DNA of 63,745 bases, filler included, from 13 parts of 13 records of this genome joined end to end with filler, not necessarily neighbours in it; one strand, 5' to 3'; numbered from the whole stretch's first letter, positions 32,601 through 44,479 are shown. The notes: a model not told the origin generated them from the letters alone. Numbers and translations are program-made.

Positions 32601-33651
32601 GCATGTATGCAGTGCAGCCCATATTTCCCAGCACCCAGACACACTGTGGTGCCAGTGGCAGCGCCACGGCAGCTATGTAAACCTGCCGGGCTAGCATGAA
32701 GAGAGGCCAAGAGCTGCTCTCGTTTCGAGCCAGCATGATCCACAGGTTAGCAAGCCCAGACACCAGCACCAAGACTAGCGCAGCCCACCGCATCCCAGAC
32801 ATGAGCAGTTGCCACTCGTGCTGCTGATGGCTCTCGGGCCTCTGACTGATAGGCTGATCCTGTAGCAAGGGCTCCAGCATTGACACGCTTGGTGTCTGAA
32901 GCACTCGGAACAGTCTGCTCTCCTCATCCTGGGCCCGGGATGGGCACCAGACATCACCGGCCTCTAGTTTGACCCAGGGAGACTCCGACTCGACGGACTC
33001 GACAGCTGCTGGCGCCTCGTCTCCACTGGTGAGTTTGATCAGGTCGCCCTCAACCAGCAGCACAGGCAGCGTAACCTTCCATGATTGCTTGCCAGCCTCT
33101 TTGCGCAGCACGTGCACTGTGGTGACTGCCGCCGATGAGATCAATAGACCATCGATCACTTCTTGCACGCTCTGTTGGTGGGACCTCAGCTCGATGAAGC
33201 TATGCAGGTGCGAATGAAGCCGTGCCAGCAGGTCGCACCGAGTGAGCACCGCGCGGTACTGATGCATCATCAGATGCGCCAGCGCCACAACCACTAGCAG
33301 CCCCGCCTCCACACCGCATAGTGCCACACCATGGCCCTGCAGCCCGAGCACCAGCGCGACGATAGCCATGAACAGCGCCGCTACCCCCATCGCGGCCGAG
33401 TTGGGCCAGGCGACAATTCTGGGCCATTGCCGGCGTCGCGCCTCCAGCTTCTGATCACACTCGCGGTACAGATCGTCGAGCGCGTCCACGATCCGGCTCT
33501 CGGCCTCCTGGTCAGTCAGGCATTCGAAATCAGTCTGCTGGGCCGGTGGGGACACTGGCGAGGCGACCCGCTGCTTGAGCTCAACCCCATCCTGCGGCAG
33601 AGAGCCCGTACTGCGGCTCGCCGGGGCCCGGACTCGGGCCACCTCATCCAA
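29656..33651 (-). CDS. TMEM94: TMEM94/KIAA0195 P-type ATPase-like membrane protein (probably 5'-partial), intronless
   Basis: LLVEGDLI, GSITVMCCVDKQGVI, GIRFIHF, GLDADWNCCVSL, KLPVGI..VR.HLEEVDNVPLLVNLF and LDFNTRLGMHSP. Confidence 0.92.
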   Translation of the reverse strand: MDEVARVRAPASRSTGSLPQDGVELKQRVASPVSPPAQQTDFECLTDQEAESRIVDALDDLYRECDQKLEARRRQWPRIVAWPNSAAMGVAALFMAIVALVLGLQGHGVALCGVEAGLLVVVALAHLMMHQYRAVLTRCDLLARLHSHLHSFIELRSHQQSVQEVIDGLLISSAAVTTVHVLRKEAGKQSWKVTLPVLLVEGDLIKLTSGDEAPAAVESVESESPWVKLEAGDVWCPSRAQDEESRLFRVLQTPSVSMLEPLLQDQPISQRPESHQQHEWQLLMSGMRWAALVLVLVSGLANLWIMLARNESSSWPLFMLARQVYIAAVALPLAPQCVWVLGNMGCTAYMLALFEALLEEDQQAPGIKFDDKTPPEVVANEWWRQLKCLMHGDGSSLGNSCDYVHTLGSITVMCCVDKQGVIATPIPYLEKLLLPKDHIDRESGVRDKVILDVEQNNTSTSRTVRFEDSRWRQEHLASLRPIGLISLLVNDCSLHSYGLHEIPEAAFCDDDCLNYLSKEIGFVEDVVSAWSKRTEFRLNRPVSTDTGSKYGVLDAAVTEAQDEGSGALQLLISGHALIALEYCTHYFNPDGGKELNSLIRPMTSGDRNRIIARYKDWSEVQGHECRAFAYRPILSDSDIKTFLDQPESAHKSQRVITNDRVAKGEMLPVLEHGQAKDPDEELENKLRGCIFLGMSAMRLQAKKGAIDMIDDLRKAGIRFIHFCPDPMRRAIAFADKLGLDADWNCCVSLRDPRPEDRNLEFTIEIRGFDDADLVPVAAEESDALIGEPSALSMTDLVASHVSTHSGASLEDITVEELLGSTVESKEVCYLSSESDQLVTCKVTIHNIAQHGIDQLVHQLDVDKNLGKLQVEHVVWNTPAPLMAANPNPAKLPVGISAVRNHLEEVDNVPLLVNLFAQAGTQETEEMIRIMQENGESVLAMGSSYCAANRKIFVQSDFAVYVEPSHPAISMDRRCEAVRRNTSAHSGLCPKPPTFVSRCHAHKVALSGKLNSLHCGFGVSTQRGSSEDQEVNLCIWVSVISQARRLHTNMLQAAFFVCGANLSLALLALVVTICQLPSLVTVVHVVWFSWLLIPVITFSLLATPQDEDVMKMVSPKRLTADNDSLSWADDSITTRNLFTYFAVRFVPSVIISALIYAWCLKDSFHKDWSGLMQDDLFGEMEDELYGDALERLQWARGIALWAFALYLCVISAGFIHRFNPMLCRFRSDDEPKLHRRFRPHSLWWAAIGIGLSTQALITAVIVLSLPNSDDSAKSLSWEVVLIGFGWPLFIIIVDAFAKRHDAKSFLANQKWLMLDFNTRLGMHSPVAKAESK

Positions 33652-33882
33652 CTGGCCTGCTGAGCTGCTNNNNNNNNNNNNNNNNNNNNNNNNNNNNNNN
33701 NNNNNNNNNNNNNTTAATTAATTAANNNNNNNNNNNNNNNNNNNNNNNNNNNNNNNNNNNNNNNNNNNNCGTGGCTGAGGAGGACAAGAGAGTGCGAGAT
33801 AAGTGCGAGACAGGGATTGGTAAGATGTTTAGATAATTAAATATTTACGTACAGCTGCAGTAACCGCGATAAGTAAAAGCTA

Positions 33883-36107
33883 CTAAGCTATCACGCACTT
33901 CTCCTCCTTATTGCGCAATGCTCGCGCGTCGGATGCAAAGCCCCGGCTGGTCTCGGCGAGCCTGGTCGAGTTTTGCTCGATTCCACTCAACCGCTGCGTC
34001 CGTTGGTGAGCCATCGCTAGGTTGTCCCCCATTAACTCCCGGTTCTTGGCTTGCACTCCCTGAACTTTGTTGGCCGCCTTAGTCGAGGTCTCCACTCGCT
34101 TCCCTCGGACTGTGCTCTTTCGACCCGCGTTAAAACTCGCCGCTTGCTTCCGCTGTGGCTCATGTCGCTGCTGCGTCGGCTGCCGCTGCTGCGCCGGTTG
34201 CCGCTGCTGCGCTGGCTGCTGCTGCTGCGCTGGTCGCCGCTGCTGCGCTGGCTGCTGTTGCTGTGTTGGCTGCTGCTGCTGTGTCGGCTGGCGGGTCGTG
34301 GGGCTGCCAGCTGGTGGGGAGCTTGGGCTGCGGCTCGCTGGAGCTGACAGCTGCGACGCGGGGCTGGTCTGCTGCTCACCTAAGCACATACTAGGTCGAG
34401 GCACCAGCTGGGGGCACCTGAAGCTGGGCTGACTGCCGGCCTGACAGGGAAACTGCACACAAAGTTGAAGCAGCCGTCGCACACTTGGGTCATCAGCCCG
34501 CTCTGAGAGCATTTGACTCGCTTGCTCGAGCACTCCTGGCACACCGGCAACCCGCAACGCCGGCACACAGCCCCGGACAGCTCGATCGGACTGGTGCACA
34601 CCCCGCACTGCCCGGTTGGCTCGGGGCCACACGGCGGCTCCACCGGGAAGGCGTACTGGCCAGAACTGAGCTGAGCCCAGCGCTGGCACGCACCGAGCTA
34701 GCGCAGCTCTTGTGGGCAAACATGCCAGCCGCCTCGTCGGCCTGGGCTCGGAGCGGCTCCAGGCTGCTCCCCAGCGGGCTTTGGCCGTGCTGGTCTAGTC
34801 GAGTTGAGCTAGTCGACCCGCCGTGCGCGCACAGCACAGTGACCAGCCTGTCGCGCCGCTCAGCCGGGCCAGCCAGGAGACGCACATTGCTCGCTGGGTC
34901 CAGGCCTTGGGCTGTGCTGGCCGGATCAGATGGATCGGGGCCGAGCCGGACTTGTCCCTCGAGTTAGGCTGGGCGCCTGCCGGCTGGTCAGGTGCTGGGT
35001 GAGCGCAGCCGACCGTAGCGGAGCAGCCTCTCTGCAAGGTCCGGGTGGCCTCCTATCACAGCCCAGTGGAGCGGGGAGCCGCCACACGCCTGGTCCGGGC
35101 TGCGGATCCCGGTCAGGTCGGCCGACTTGTGCACCCTCAGCCCGGCGAGCAGCGTGTCCACAACCGCCTGGTGGCCCAGGAAGGCCGCCGCATGCAGCGG
35201 ACAAAACCCCTTCTGAGGCTCACGCCGCATCGGGTCCGCTCGGGCCTGGAGCAGCTGGGCGGCCGGGCCGGGCTGGTTGCGCTCAGCCGCTAGGTAGAGC
35301 GGGCTGAATCCGTTTTTCTCACAAAGATCTATCGAGGCTGGGTCGGCAAGCAGCTTGACCAGGCCGCTGTGGCCAGTCAGCACCGCCAAGTGGAGCGGGG
35401 TGAACCCAAACCTGTCCCCGGCTCGCAGCTGGCCAGACCGGCTGGCACTTGGAGTCCTGCACCGCGAGCAGCCTCGACTTGTCCAGCCCGGGCACAGCAA
35501 GCAGCCGCGACGCCAGCTCACTTCCCCCCCGGTCAGCAAGCCGCCTGCAGGGGGGGCACCAGGCTGTGGCCTGCTCGGACACGGCGCACAGGTGCAGCGC
35601 GGTGGCCCCGTTCTGGTCCAGTGCGAGCACAGTCTCCGGGGCCTGGGCCGGGCCGGCCTCCTCGAGCAGCTCGCCGGCCTCGTCAGGGTCCCCGAGCAAG
35701 CAAGCCGTGTGCAGCGAGGCGCTCGCGATGCTGCTGTGCGGCGCCTCGAAATGTGCCACCACCGCCCCCGGATCAGCCGCCGGCAGCGGCTCCGGCTGCT
35801 CAGATGGCTCCTCCTCCTCGGGCGCCGCGGCCTCCTCGATTGCCATCGCCAGCAGGGTGGAGCTCGGAGTCATCTCGGCGTGGCAGGCGGTGTGGATCTT
35901 CTCGGCGTCGGCCGGGGGCACCCCCGCCCGGTGCAGCTGGGCCGGGGAGGCCTCGGATAGCGCCTCTGGGCTGTCGATCCCGTCGGCCACCAGCCCCGCG
36001 GCGTACTTCTGGCCGAGGTCGGGCTGCACCTTGGCCAGCGCCGCGGCCACCGAAAGCTCCTCCGGGGTCTGCTGCTCATCCTTCCGCCCGCACGGCATAT
36101 TGCCCAT
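33883..36107 (-). CDS. SAM-ankyrin-FYVE-like-R-SNARE protein with N-terminal acylation and C-terminal CaaX motifs
   Basis: MGNMPC start, SAM-like KYAAGLVADGID...LHRAGV, ankyrin repeats (TPLHLA, SPLYLAA, PLHAAA, SPLHWA), Cys-rich FYVE-like finger, QRTQRLSGIEQNSTRLAETSRGF and CVIA*. Confidence 0.72.
34165..34290 (-). repeat. Coding 18-nt Gln-rich tandem repeat (QQ(Q/R)QP(A/T))
   Basis: About 6 imperfect CAG-rich units. Confidence 0.8.
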
Positions 36108-36264
36108 TTCGCACGGCTTGGGGAGTCCGGCTGGCCAAGAAGAGCAAGAAGAAGAAGCAGCAGCCGGCCAGCGCCCCGGTACTTGCCTTCCGGAGTGGCG
36201 TTCCGTTGATTCCAGCCGACTCTCTGGCCGCCAACCGCCGCAAAGGACTGGCAGCCGCTACTGT

Positions 36265-37931
36265 ATGGCGTCGCGGTATGGCGTCGATCACAGCTACGCG
36301 CTGTCCGAGCACCGCCCCGCGCTGCTCCCCTGGTCGCTGCGCGCCCGCCGCTCCTACGAGCAGGGCGGCACCCGTCAGTATTCTCTCCCAGACCGGCAGT
36401 CGAGCGACGTGGCCACAGCCTACCGCGAGATTATGATCGTTGCCCACCGCGGGGCGTGCGGCCGGCTGCCGGAGCACACGATGGGCGCATACCACGAGGC
36501 GGTGAGAGCCGGGGCGGACGTGATCGAGATGGACATCTGCGCCACCCAGGACGGGCACCTGATCGTCCGGCACGACGTGCTGCTGGACGGCGACTCGGAT
36601 GTGGAGGCGGTGTTCGGGCCAGAGAGGAAGACGTTCGAGCAGGTGACCGGGAGCATGGACGGCGACTTTACTGAGGCCGAGGTAAATCGCTCTCTCACTA
36701 GTTAACTAACTACTTGTTAGGGCTACTTCGCGCACAACTTCACACTGAGCGAGGTCAAGCAGCTCCGATGTCTGCAGCGGATGGAGGCTGGTGTGCTCTG
36801 CCGGCCGGGCGATCGGGCGGACAGGGTCGGGACAAGGATTCGGACGGGAAGGACGAGATCCTGACGATGGTGGAGGCCTGCCGGTACATGGAGGAGCTCC
36901 GGCAGCATGTGTAATCGAGCTCAATCGAGCACGTGATGGCGGGCAGGATCCAAAAGTATAACCATCAGCGCGACTTTGGGATCTACGTTGAGACCAAGCG
37001 GTCGGCCTGGCACAAGTCGCTCGGGCTGCCGTTGGAGGAGGCCTACGTCCAGGCACTGATTGAGTCCGGGTTCAGCGGCCGGGTGTATGTGCAGAGGTGC
37101 CCAGCGCGCACCGATCGGAGCTAAGCCGGGGGCAGCTTCGAGCCGGAGAGCCTGAAGGAGATCAAACGGCTCCAGCAGCTGCACTGCCCGGACGCCGAAT
37201 GGGTGCGGGCTGGCAGTCCGTCCTCCAGCTGCTGCACAGGTGTACATTCGGCTGCTCACCTCAGATGAAAACGGCAAGAAGCGCGGATACCCGCAAGACG
37301 TTGTGCGCGCCGCCCGGGGCTCTGCGGCTGAGCTTGATGCAGATCGACCAGCTGCTGCCAATGCCCTGGAAATACGAGAACATCTGCGATCCCGACACCG
37401 GCCAAGAGACGGCTGTATGGACCAACGAGCATTCCCCCGAGGGGTGGGCAGGCCGCCCGCTCAGACGCTGATTGCGCTGGCAGGGCGGCCAAACTGGACG
37501 CCTTCTTTGCTGAGGTGGCCACCTATGCGACCGGGATTGGCCCCTGGAAGATGGATGTGCTGCCGGACCCAGCCAATGAGATCAGCAGCTCTATTGTGAT
37601 CGAGATGGCGCACAAGCACGGGCTGGCAGTGCACCCGTACACGTTCAGGTCGGACATGCTCAAGCTGCCCGACTGCTACATGGGCAATGCGACCGAAGAG
37701 TACGCCCGGTTCTTCAAGCTCGGAGTCGACGGAGTCTTCTCCGACTGGTCGTCGCACGCGCGGCACGCCCGGCACATCATGATGGAGCGGGGTGCGCGCG
37801 GATCGGCCTGCCCTCCTGACCCACACGCAGGTGATCGGTTCCGCTTCACGGCGTTTGATTATCTTGACGAGATCCATCCGCAACTCCTACACGCAGCGCG
37901 GGTAGGCGCTCAGTGTCAACAGCAGCGTTGA
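36265..37931 (+). CDS. Glycerophosphodiester phosphodiesterase (GDPD), multi-intron
   Basis: IVAHRGACG.LPEHT, ADVIEMD..ATQDGHLIVRHD, IYVETK, VHPYTFR and GVDGVFSD. Confidence 0.92.
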
Positions 37932-38734
37932 TCGGTTGATGTATTCTAACTAAGTCACTTTGTTTATACGAAACAAAGCCCGTAAGCTAATTGCTCCTGT
38001 CTCGGGCTAGTAGATGTTAGCCCCATGTATAGTGATCAATCCATGCAAGTGTGATGAATTCTTTGTACTCGTACCGTACGTACTTGTATCCGGAGATTAC
38101 AGATTATAAACTAAGGATGGGACGCTCTCCGGCTCCAGCTGGTCAACTCGAGGAGTTTGGCCTACCCGCCGGCTGAGCGCCGTGTGCTCATAGAGTCACC
38201 TGGTGTTGCCTCCAGCGGCGCTCGACCAGCAGCTGCAGGTGGGTCTTGTTCTCCCGGTTCCAAGAACCCGGCACCGGCTTCAGCATCTTCTCCATCCGGG
38301 ACTCGAACTTTCGCCGCTTGAATGATGACAGCTGCCCGTCCGGCTGGCATCCGGGGTTGATCCCTGGGCTCCAGTCAGGGGATCCTGGCAGTGTGAGCTG
38401 CCCGTCGGTGGCGGCAAACAGTGGGTCGGCAGGCCTGCNNNNNNNNNNNNNNNNNNNNNNNNNNNNNNNNNNNNNNNNNNNNTTAATTAATTAANNNNNN
38501 NNNNNNNNNNNNNNNNNNNNNNNNNNNNNNNNNNNNNNGACAGATCCGGGTCGGCGTCCTGCAGCAGCTCCAGATCAGCACCAGCGAGCCGACCAGAGGC
38601 CCGGCGATCACCGCAATCGAGCCGGTCGGCGCGGGGGCTTTGCCCACCTCTCGTCCCCGGGCCTTCATCGCGATGCCGCTGGTGCCGTTTCAGGGTTTGC
38701 AAAAAAAATTGGTGGCAGTTTATTCGTTTGCAAA

Positions 38735-39754
38735 TGGTGGACGGCTCGAGTGGCGGCCGGCTGAGCAGAGGGGGCAGGGTGACCCCAGCCAGATGGCGCC
38801 GGAGGATCGCTTCCACTACGGCCTGCGGGTGCGCGCGTCCTGCCCGGCTGGCCGCTGAGCTTTCCGCTCGCCAGTTGGTGGAAGAGGGGTATCGCATGAA
38901 GATGGAGGAACAATCGCACATGTGGTGCGCCGGCCCGGCTCGGGCGCTCGGCTCAGGCCGGCTCGGGCCCTCAGGATGAACCGGTGCAACGAGCAAAAGA
39001 TGGAACTGGAAGAGCTGAAGCGGAAGCTCGAGATCAAGGAGAGGCAGATCGTCGACCTGCAACAGGCGGGCCGCCTGGGCCGGACCGAGCTCACCAGCGG
39101 CGGGTACAGGAGAGCTCGCAGCTGGTTGAGCAGCGGGACGCGCTTGCCAGCAAATACACCAAGCTGAAGGGTCACGTGATGCAGATCCAGGTCGCCGCCG
39201 CCCGAACTGAAGGCTAACCGGCCTCCAGAGTCTTAACAATAACTTTGCGGCCGAGGAGGGATTTGTGGGCAACAAGCTCAACCCGAACTTCGCGGACATG
39301 GATAGCGCGCCGCCTTCCCGGCTCGGCGCCTCGTCTTACCCGTCCAGCTACTCCAAGCCGTCTGCCAGCCCCCCCAGAGCGTAACGAGCTCGGGCCCGCC
39401 ATCTGGCTGATCCGGCCGCAGCTCGTCCCCGCCCAAGAACGACATCCCGCAGGACAACCAGCCGGACGCAGTGGACGCCATCTCGTTCTACAAGCAAGTG
39501 AAGCAGGTGAATGCCGGCTCGGGTTGTTGCGAGCAGAGAGCAGGTTCTGGAGCCAAATGATTTCCAGGAGTTTGCGGCCAACATCAAGGCGCTGAACGCG
39601 GGGCAGCAGAGTGTGGAGGAGACTGTGCGCAAGGTGCCCCCAGCTCGGGCCACCGGCCGACCGAGTTGTGCAGGTGCTCGCCATTATTGGCGAGAAGAGG
39701 CCGTTCTTGAGAGCCAAATTCCAACGGCTCGTGTACCAGAATATCGAGAACTGA
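38735..39754 (+). CDS. Coiled-coil protein with At4g15545-like C-terminal domain; start uncertain
   Basis: C-terminal VDAISFYKQVK...FQEFAANIKALNAGQQSVEETVRK resembles the DGKEFF...FLANIKELN motif (recalled). Confidence 0.6.
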
Positions 39755-39967
39755 GCGAGGTCGGACCAGCGGATCAACCACAATCTAAACTCTGACACTG
39801 GTCTACACAAACAGACCCCACAATTGCCTACAAGCGTACTGTACAATCGTACACAACTATTTTGTACGATTTTAATTAACAATGAAACTGTATAGCTCCA
39901 TGCGTTGCATCGGCACTAAACCCAGCCCGTGGCACCACACGAGTAGTTTTCGTACTTATATGGCCGG

Positions 39968-40666
39968 CTAGAGCTCGGATGCGTGCGAGGGGTTAGACTG
40001 AGCTTCAATACGAGCATCTGCAGAGAAGCCGGTCTGGCGGCCGCACACGCCGAGCAGCTCCTCGCAAAGCCAGCCGTTAAAGACGCGGCTCGGCCTTGAG
40101 AACATCTCAGCAGTGATCGCCTCCTGCCCCGGGCTCGCTCCCGGGCGGGCACCCGGGCGCCTCGTGCTCCTCCAGGGTCCGCTCACACCAGTTCCTCATG
40201 CTCTCCCTGCCGCCCGGCTCAGGCCGCCCCCCGGCAGCTGATTCGGCCTGATCGTGTGCTTCTGCGCCTCGAGCGCCGCGCTCGGGGCTCCGTTGACCTG
40301 CAGCTTTAAGTTGTACCGCTGGAACCACGGGCACTGCTGCTCGAGCACCTGCCGACCTTGGAGCCTGCCGCCCGGCGACTGGGCACCGCGAGGGCCATCG
40401 CCTCGCTGCCGTCGTACTTGATCAGCTTGCCCCCCCGCCTGACGTCCTGGCCCGGTTTGGCCCTCTCCTCGGCCAGCGAGCTGCCTGGGTTCAGCCAGTT
40501 GGCGCGCGGGGCGGCACCGGCTTATTCCCTGCGCCAGGACCGAGCAGGTCTTGCACGCCAGCTCTGGACTGATCGAGCCAGGCGGAGTGCGCACTCCACG
40601 CACCCCGTCCGAGATGATTTCCAGCAGCAGCCACACCCCAAACCACAGGTTCGGACCCCCCAGCAT
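39968..40666 (-). CDS. Canopy (CNPY)/saposin-like ER protein
   Basis: Signal peptide, CKTC, NWCERTLEEHE, LCEELLGVC and a KDEL-like C-terminus (HASEL); several short introns. Confidence 0.65.
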
Positions 40667-40707
40667 CGCGGCAATAATTTCCAGCGGGGAAATTTCGTGT
40701 TGCAAAC

Positions 40708-42570
40708 ATGGAAGTTTGCGAGCAGCGGGTCCGAGTCGGCCGGTGGCTGGCGGTGGCGATCGTCCACCAGCGCCGGGCCCTGCTGGCCGGCTGCCTGGCT
40801 CGCCTTCGCGCCCTCCCGCTCGCCTGCCGCGCCGCCCGTCTCCGCCGGGTTCTGGGCCGGGTCGGGCTCTGGAAGGACCGGCGGCGGCTGTCTGGAGCCA
40901 CCGGCCGATGGAGGGCCCAGGCGGCCCGCTGGCGGCGGACGGAGCTCAGCACTGGGATGGCCTGGCTCGGGTGGCTGGTCCGACTCCGGCGAGTGCAGCT
41001 GGCCCGGCTGGGGCCGCGGCTGATCCAGTGGGGGCACGTGGCGCGATGGGCGGCGGCCAACACAAAGGTGTTCCAACGGCGATCCGCCGCCCGGCGAGCG
41101 CTCCGGAGCTGCCGACGGGAGGCGCGTGGTGGCAAGGGGCGCGCGGCGAGGGCGGCGAGTGCGCTGGCGGCGGGGCGAGGCTGGCGGCGAGCCGGAGCAC
41201 GGCGGGCGCTGGCGGGGATGGCGCGGCGGGCGGTGGAGGCCGGAGCCATGGCGGCGGGAGTGATGCACTGGCTCAGCCGCGGGCTCGAGGGTGCGGTTGT
41301 GCGGTGGCGGGCTGGTCTGCCTGTCCGCTCCCGGCTGCTCCGAGGTGATCTGTCTGAGGCCTGAGCTGACTGGCTGGCAGGCCTGGCGCTCGCCCAGTGG
41401 TTCCATCAGTCATGCCTCGGGCCCGCCCGTGCGGCCACCGCGCTCCGGCGGTGCTCTCTGGGTGGCGCTCTCCGGCTGAGTGCGGCGGCAGGTTGCTGCG
41501 AGAGTCGGTGCGCAGGCAGGAGCAGCAGGCGTGCTGGGTGCACCAGAGGGCCTTGCTGGAGATCCGGCGCTGGCGCCGGCTTGGGCGGCGGGCGGCTGCA
41601 ACAGCTGGGAAGCTCGCGCTAGCCGGTGCGGCCGCCAGGCTGCTGACGGTGCGCGCTAGAGCAGGCGGATTTGTTAGTGTAAGGCAGGTCCGCTGGGGAT
41701 GGGTGGCTGTGACTCAGAACCGGGTCGGGCGGGTGCTAGCCCGATACCGGCGGCGGCGGGCCGCCCGGCGGTGGCTGGCGAGCTGCCACGGCCGCGCGGC
41801 GGCGGCCACGACGCATGCACTGCAGTTGGCGGCTGGTCACGCTCAGCAAGGTGCGAGAGCGGCCGCGCCGCACTCACTGGTCACAGCGCGGCTCGAGGCT
41901 GGCTGGGGCTCCTGGCGGGCGTTCTGGGCGCACGGGAATGACAAGGCCGCCGCGCGCGCCCACGCGGGCCGCAGGCGCCGCCGGCCGGCTAGGTTGGTGA
42001 TGAGAGATGCGGGTGCAGGGCAAAGCAACATGCGTTCCTCTCGTTCAAGCTGCGCTGCTTCTCGCTTCCACGAGTGGCCGGCTCGATGGCCGACTTATGT
42101 GCGTCTTGCTGCTGGCTGGGCTCATTGATCGGCTGCAGGTGCCCGCCGGAGCACGCTGCGCCGAGGGTTTGGGGCAATGACTGCGGGGCGGACCGCAGCA
42201 GCCTGCCGCATGGCGAGGGTGGTCCGAGTCAAGGCGGTGCGCGTGCTGCGCGGCTGGCGTCGCTGGGCCCCGAGGGTGTGCTGCTAGGCGAGTGGACTGA
42301 GCGGGTCGGCAGGCGGTGCTGTTGAGCGCGATGCGGAGGGAGGCGGATCTGTTTCGAAGGGAGCATCGGCTCAGGCTCGGGCTGGGCTGTTGGAAGCGCA
42401 AGCCGGACAGCAAGAGGCCAAGCTCTGCCAAACGCAGGCGGCGGCCGGCGGCACTCAAGCAGATCAGCCCGAATGTCAACAAGGCGGTCCGTGCCAAGCG
42501 AGCATTGCTGCCTCCTAGACTGCCTCGGCGCCTCCGGAATGATGAATCGGATTCAATTCGACATTTGTAA
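40708..42570 (+). CDS. Arg/Trp/Ala-rich protein with Sfi1-like repeats
   Basis: Periodic W..W/RRWR motifs across ORFs 40708..41364, 41397..42128 and 42316..42570, with short introns. Confidence 0.45.
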
Positions 42571-42605
42571 CCTACATGTACTTGTATATCAGATAATACG
42601 TATAC

Positions 42606-43035
42606 CTACATGTAGCTGGTATAATTAGATGCAACGGCGCTGGTACGCCTGGGTATAAGTAAAGCGCGACTTGTCCAACGGCCAAGCACAACGCGGAACG
42701 ATCGCCGGTTGAACTTGAGCTGCTTGGACAGCGAGATCAGCATGACCCCCCTCAGCCAATCCATGCGGCACGGTCTGCGGTTCTCTTTCGCGACTGTCGA
42801 CGGTTTCAGCAGTCTGGCCGTCACCGCCGCCAGCGCCTTTCGGCTCACTTGGACTTGCTCTTGCGTCGGGTCGCTGCTCAGTCCACCAAGAAGGTCGTCC
42901 ATGGAGTCCGCTGGGGTAGTCTCGCCTCCGAGCAGCCTCACTGGCTTGGCTTGCTGGTTGGATCCGGCACTCAGCTCGGTCTTGATCGCCTTCATTTGGT
43001 CCCTCAGCTGGGCGCACTTCTCAAAGTCCTGGGCC
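42606..43035 (-). CDS. C-terminal fragment with UVR-like motif
   Basis: AQDFEKCAQLRDQMKAI at the contig edge. Confidence 0.35.
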
Positions 43036-43472
43036 NNNNNNNNNNNNNNNNNNNNNNNNNNNNNNNNNNNNNNNNNNNNTTAATTAATTAANNNNNNNNN
43101 NNNNNNNNNNNNNNNNNNNNNNNNNNNNNNNNNNNCCGCTGACCCTGCGGTTCACGCAGGTCCGGTCCAAGACCGGTCCGCGCTGCTGGAGACTGGACCA
43201 CCAACGGACTTGCAGATTGTCCGAGTCAGAACGAGTGAGAAGCGCTTACTGACCGGGTTGCGGCAGCCTTCGATCGCCTACTTAAGTTGCGATCAGGGAG
43301 CTTTTCGCCGGCCGTCTGCCCCGCCCCGGGCATCCGCGGCGGCAGGCCAGCCGATCCGCGATCCTCATGGTCATTGACCAGGGCCATCGATATCGGCGCC
43401 CAAGAGTCAGAGTGAAAACTCATCCACCTTGATGGCCGGTGTAATACCGTTATCCGCCGACCGATATCTGGT

Positions 43473-44396
43473 ATGGGTTGCGACTCGGGGTGCGAAGAGA
43501 AGGTGGATGCCAAGCCTGGGTGCGCGCTGGAGGACGGGACGTGCACGTTGGCTCCTTATTTCAAGCTCAAGGACGCGGCCAAGTTCAAGATGATCTGGGA
43601 GACCGACTTCGCTGGGTTCGCTCACAAGGAGGACTGCGTGCACTACGCCTTCACCTTCAGCGAGGATGACAGCCGGGCCCACTGCCGGGAGGCCTACCCG
43701 GACGCCGACAAGCTGCTCCAGCACATCAAAGACGTCGGGGCCGTATTCCACGCCAAGGAGGGCGGCTGCCTGCACCCGGATGTGGCCGAACTGGAACGGC
43801 TCGAGATTCACGGACCGGCCGACCAGCTGGCCAAGCTCAAGGGTCCGCTCAAGGATCTGAACGTGACGTACTACACCTGCGAGTGGGGCTTCCGGCCGGC
43901 CAAGGAGGCGATGGACAAGGACAGCGTGATCCACCTCTACCCGTTCTTCGAGCTCAAAAATAGCAAAGAGTTTAAGGAAATCTGGCGCGCCGCGTATCCT
44001 TCGACCAGGCTTGCTGCCAAAGAAGAGAAGTCGCACCAGTACGCATTCTCGTTTGATGACGACAACAAGATGGCCAGCTGCCGCGAGGCGTACGGCGACG
44101 CCGAGGGGCTGCTCAAGCATCTGGAGAACGTGGGCGATGTGCTCAAGGCGGTGCTGGACGGGCCGGCAACCCTCAAGCACCTCGAAGTGCACGGCCCAGC
44201 CGAAGAGCTCGCCAAGCTCAAGGAGCCGCTCAAGGATCTCCCAGCAGAATTCTTTGTTATCAAATGGGGCTTCAGGAATGCTGTGGCCGAACCGGTGGAG
44301 CCGGCGGCACCTGAGGAGCTGGCGGCGGCTGAGGAGCCGGCGGCGGCTGAGGAGCCAGCGGCAGCCGAACCGGCAGACAAGGTGGCAACTGCCTGA
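43473..44396 (+). CDS. Protein with two tandem ABM-like (dimeric alpha/beta barrel) domains
   Basis: Duplicated unit P(Y/F)F.LK...YAF(T/S)F...CREAY.DA..LL.H...VG...LE(I/V)HGPA..LAKLK.PLKDL...WGFR, plus a C-terminal AAAEEP repeat. Confidence 0.8.
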   Translation: MGCDSGCEEKVDAKPGCALEDGTCTLAPYFKLKDAAKFKMIWETDFAGFAHKEDCVHYAFTFSEDDSRAHCREAYPDADKLLQHIKDVGAVFHAKEGGCLHPDVAELERLEIHGPADQLAKLKGPLKDLNVTYYTCEWGFRPAKEAMDKDSVIHLYPFFELKNSKEFKEIWRAAYPSTRLAAKEEKSHQYAFSFDDDNKMASCREAYGDAEGLLKHLENVGDVLKAVLDGPATLKHLEVHGPAEELAKLKEPLKDLPAEFFVIKWGFRNAVAEPVEPAAPEELAAAEEPAAAEEPAAAEPADKVATA

Positions 44397-44479
44397 GATA
44401 GATTCTTTGCCAAGCTATCAATACTACCAAGACGTCAGATTTACAGTAGTTGGTTTAGTGTTGAGTCGCGCAATCACGG

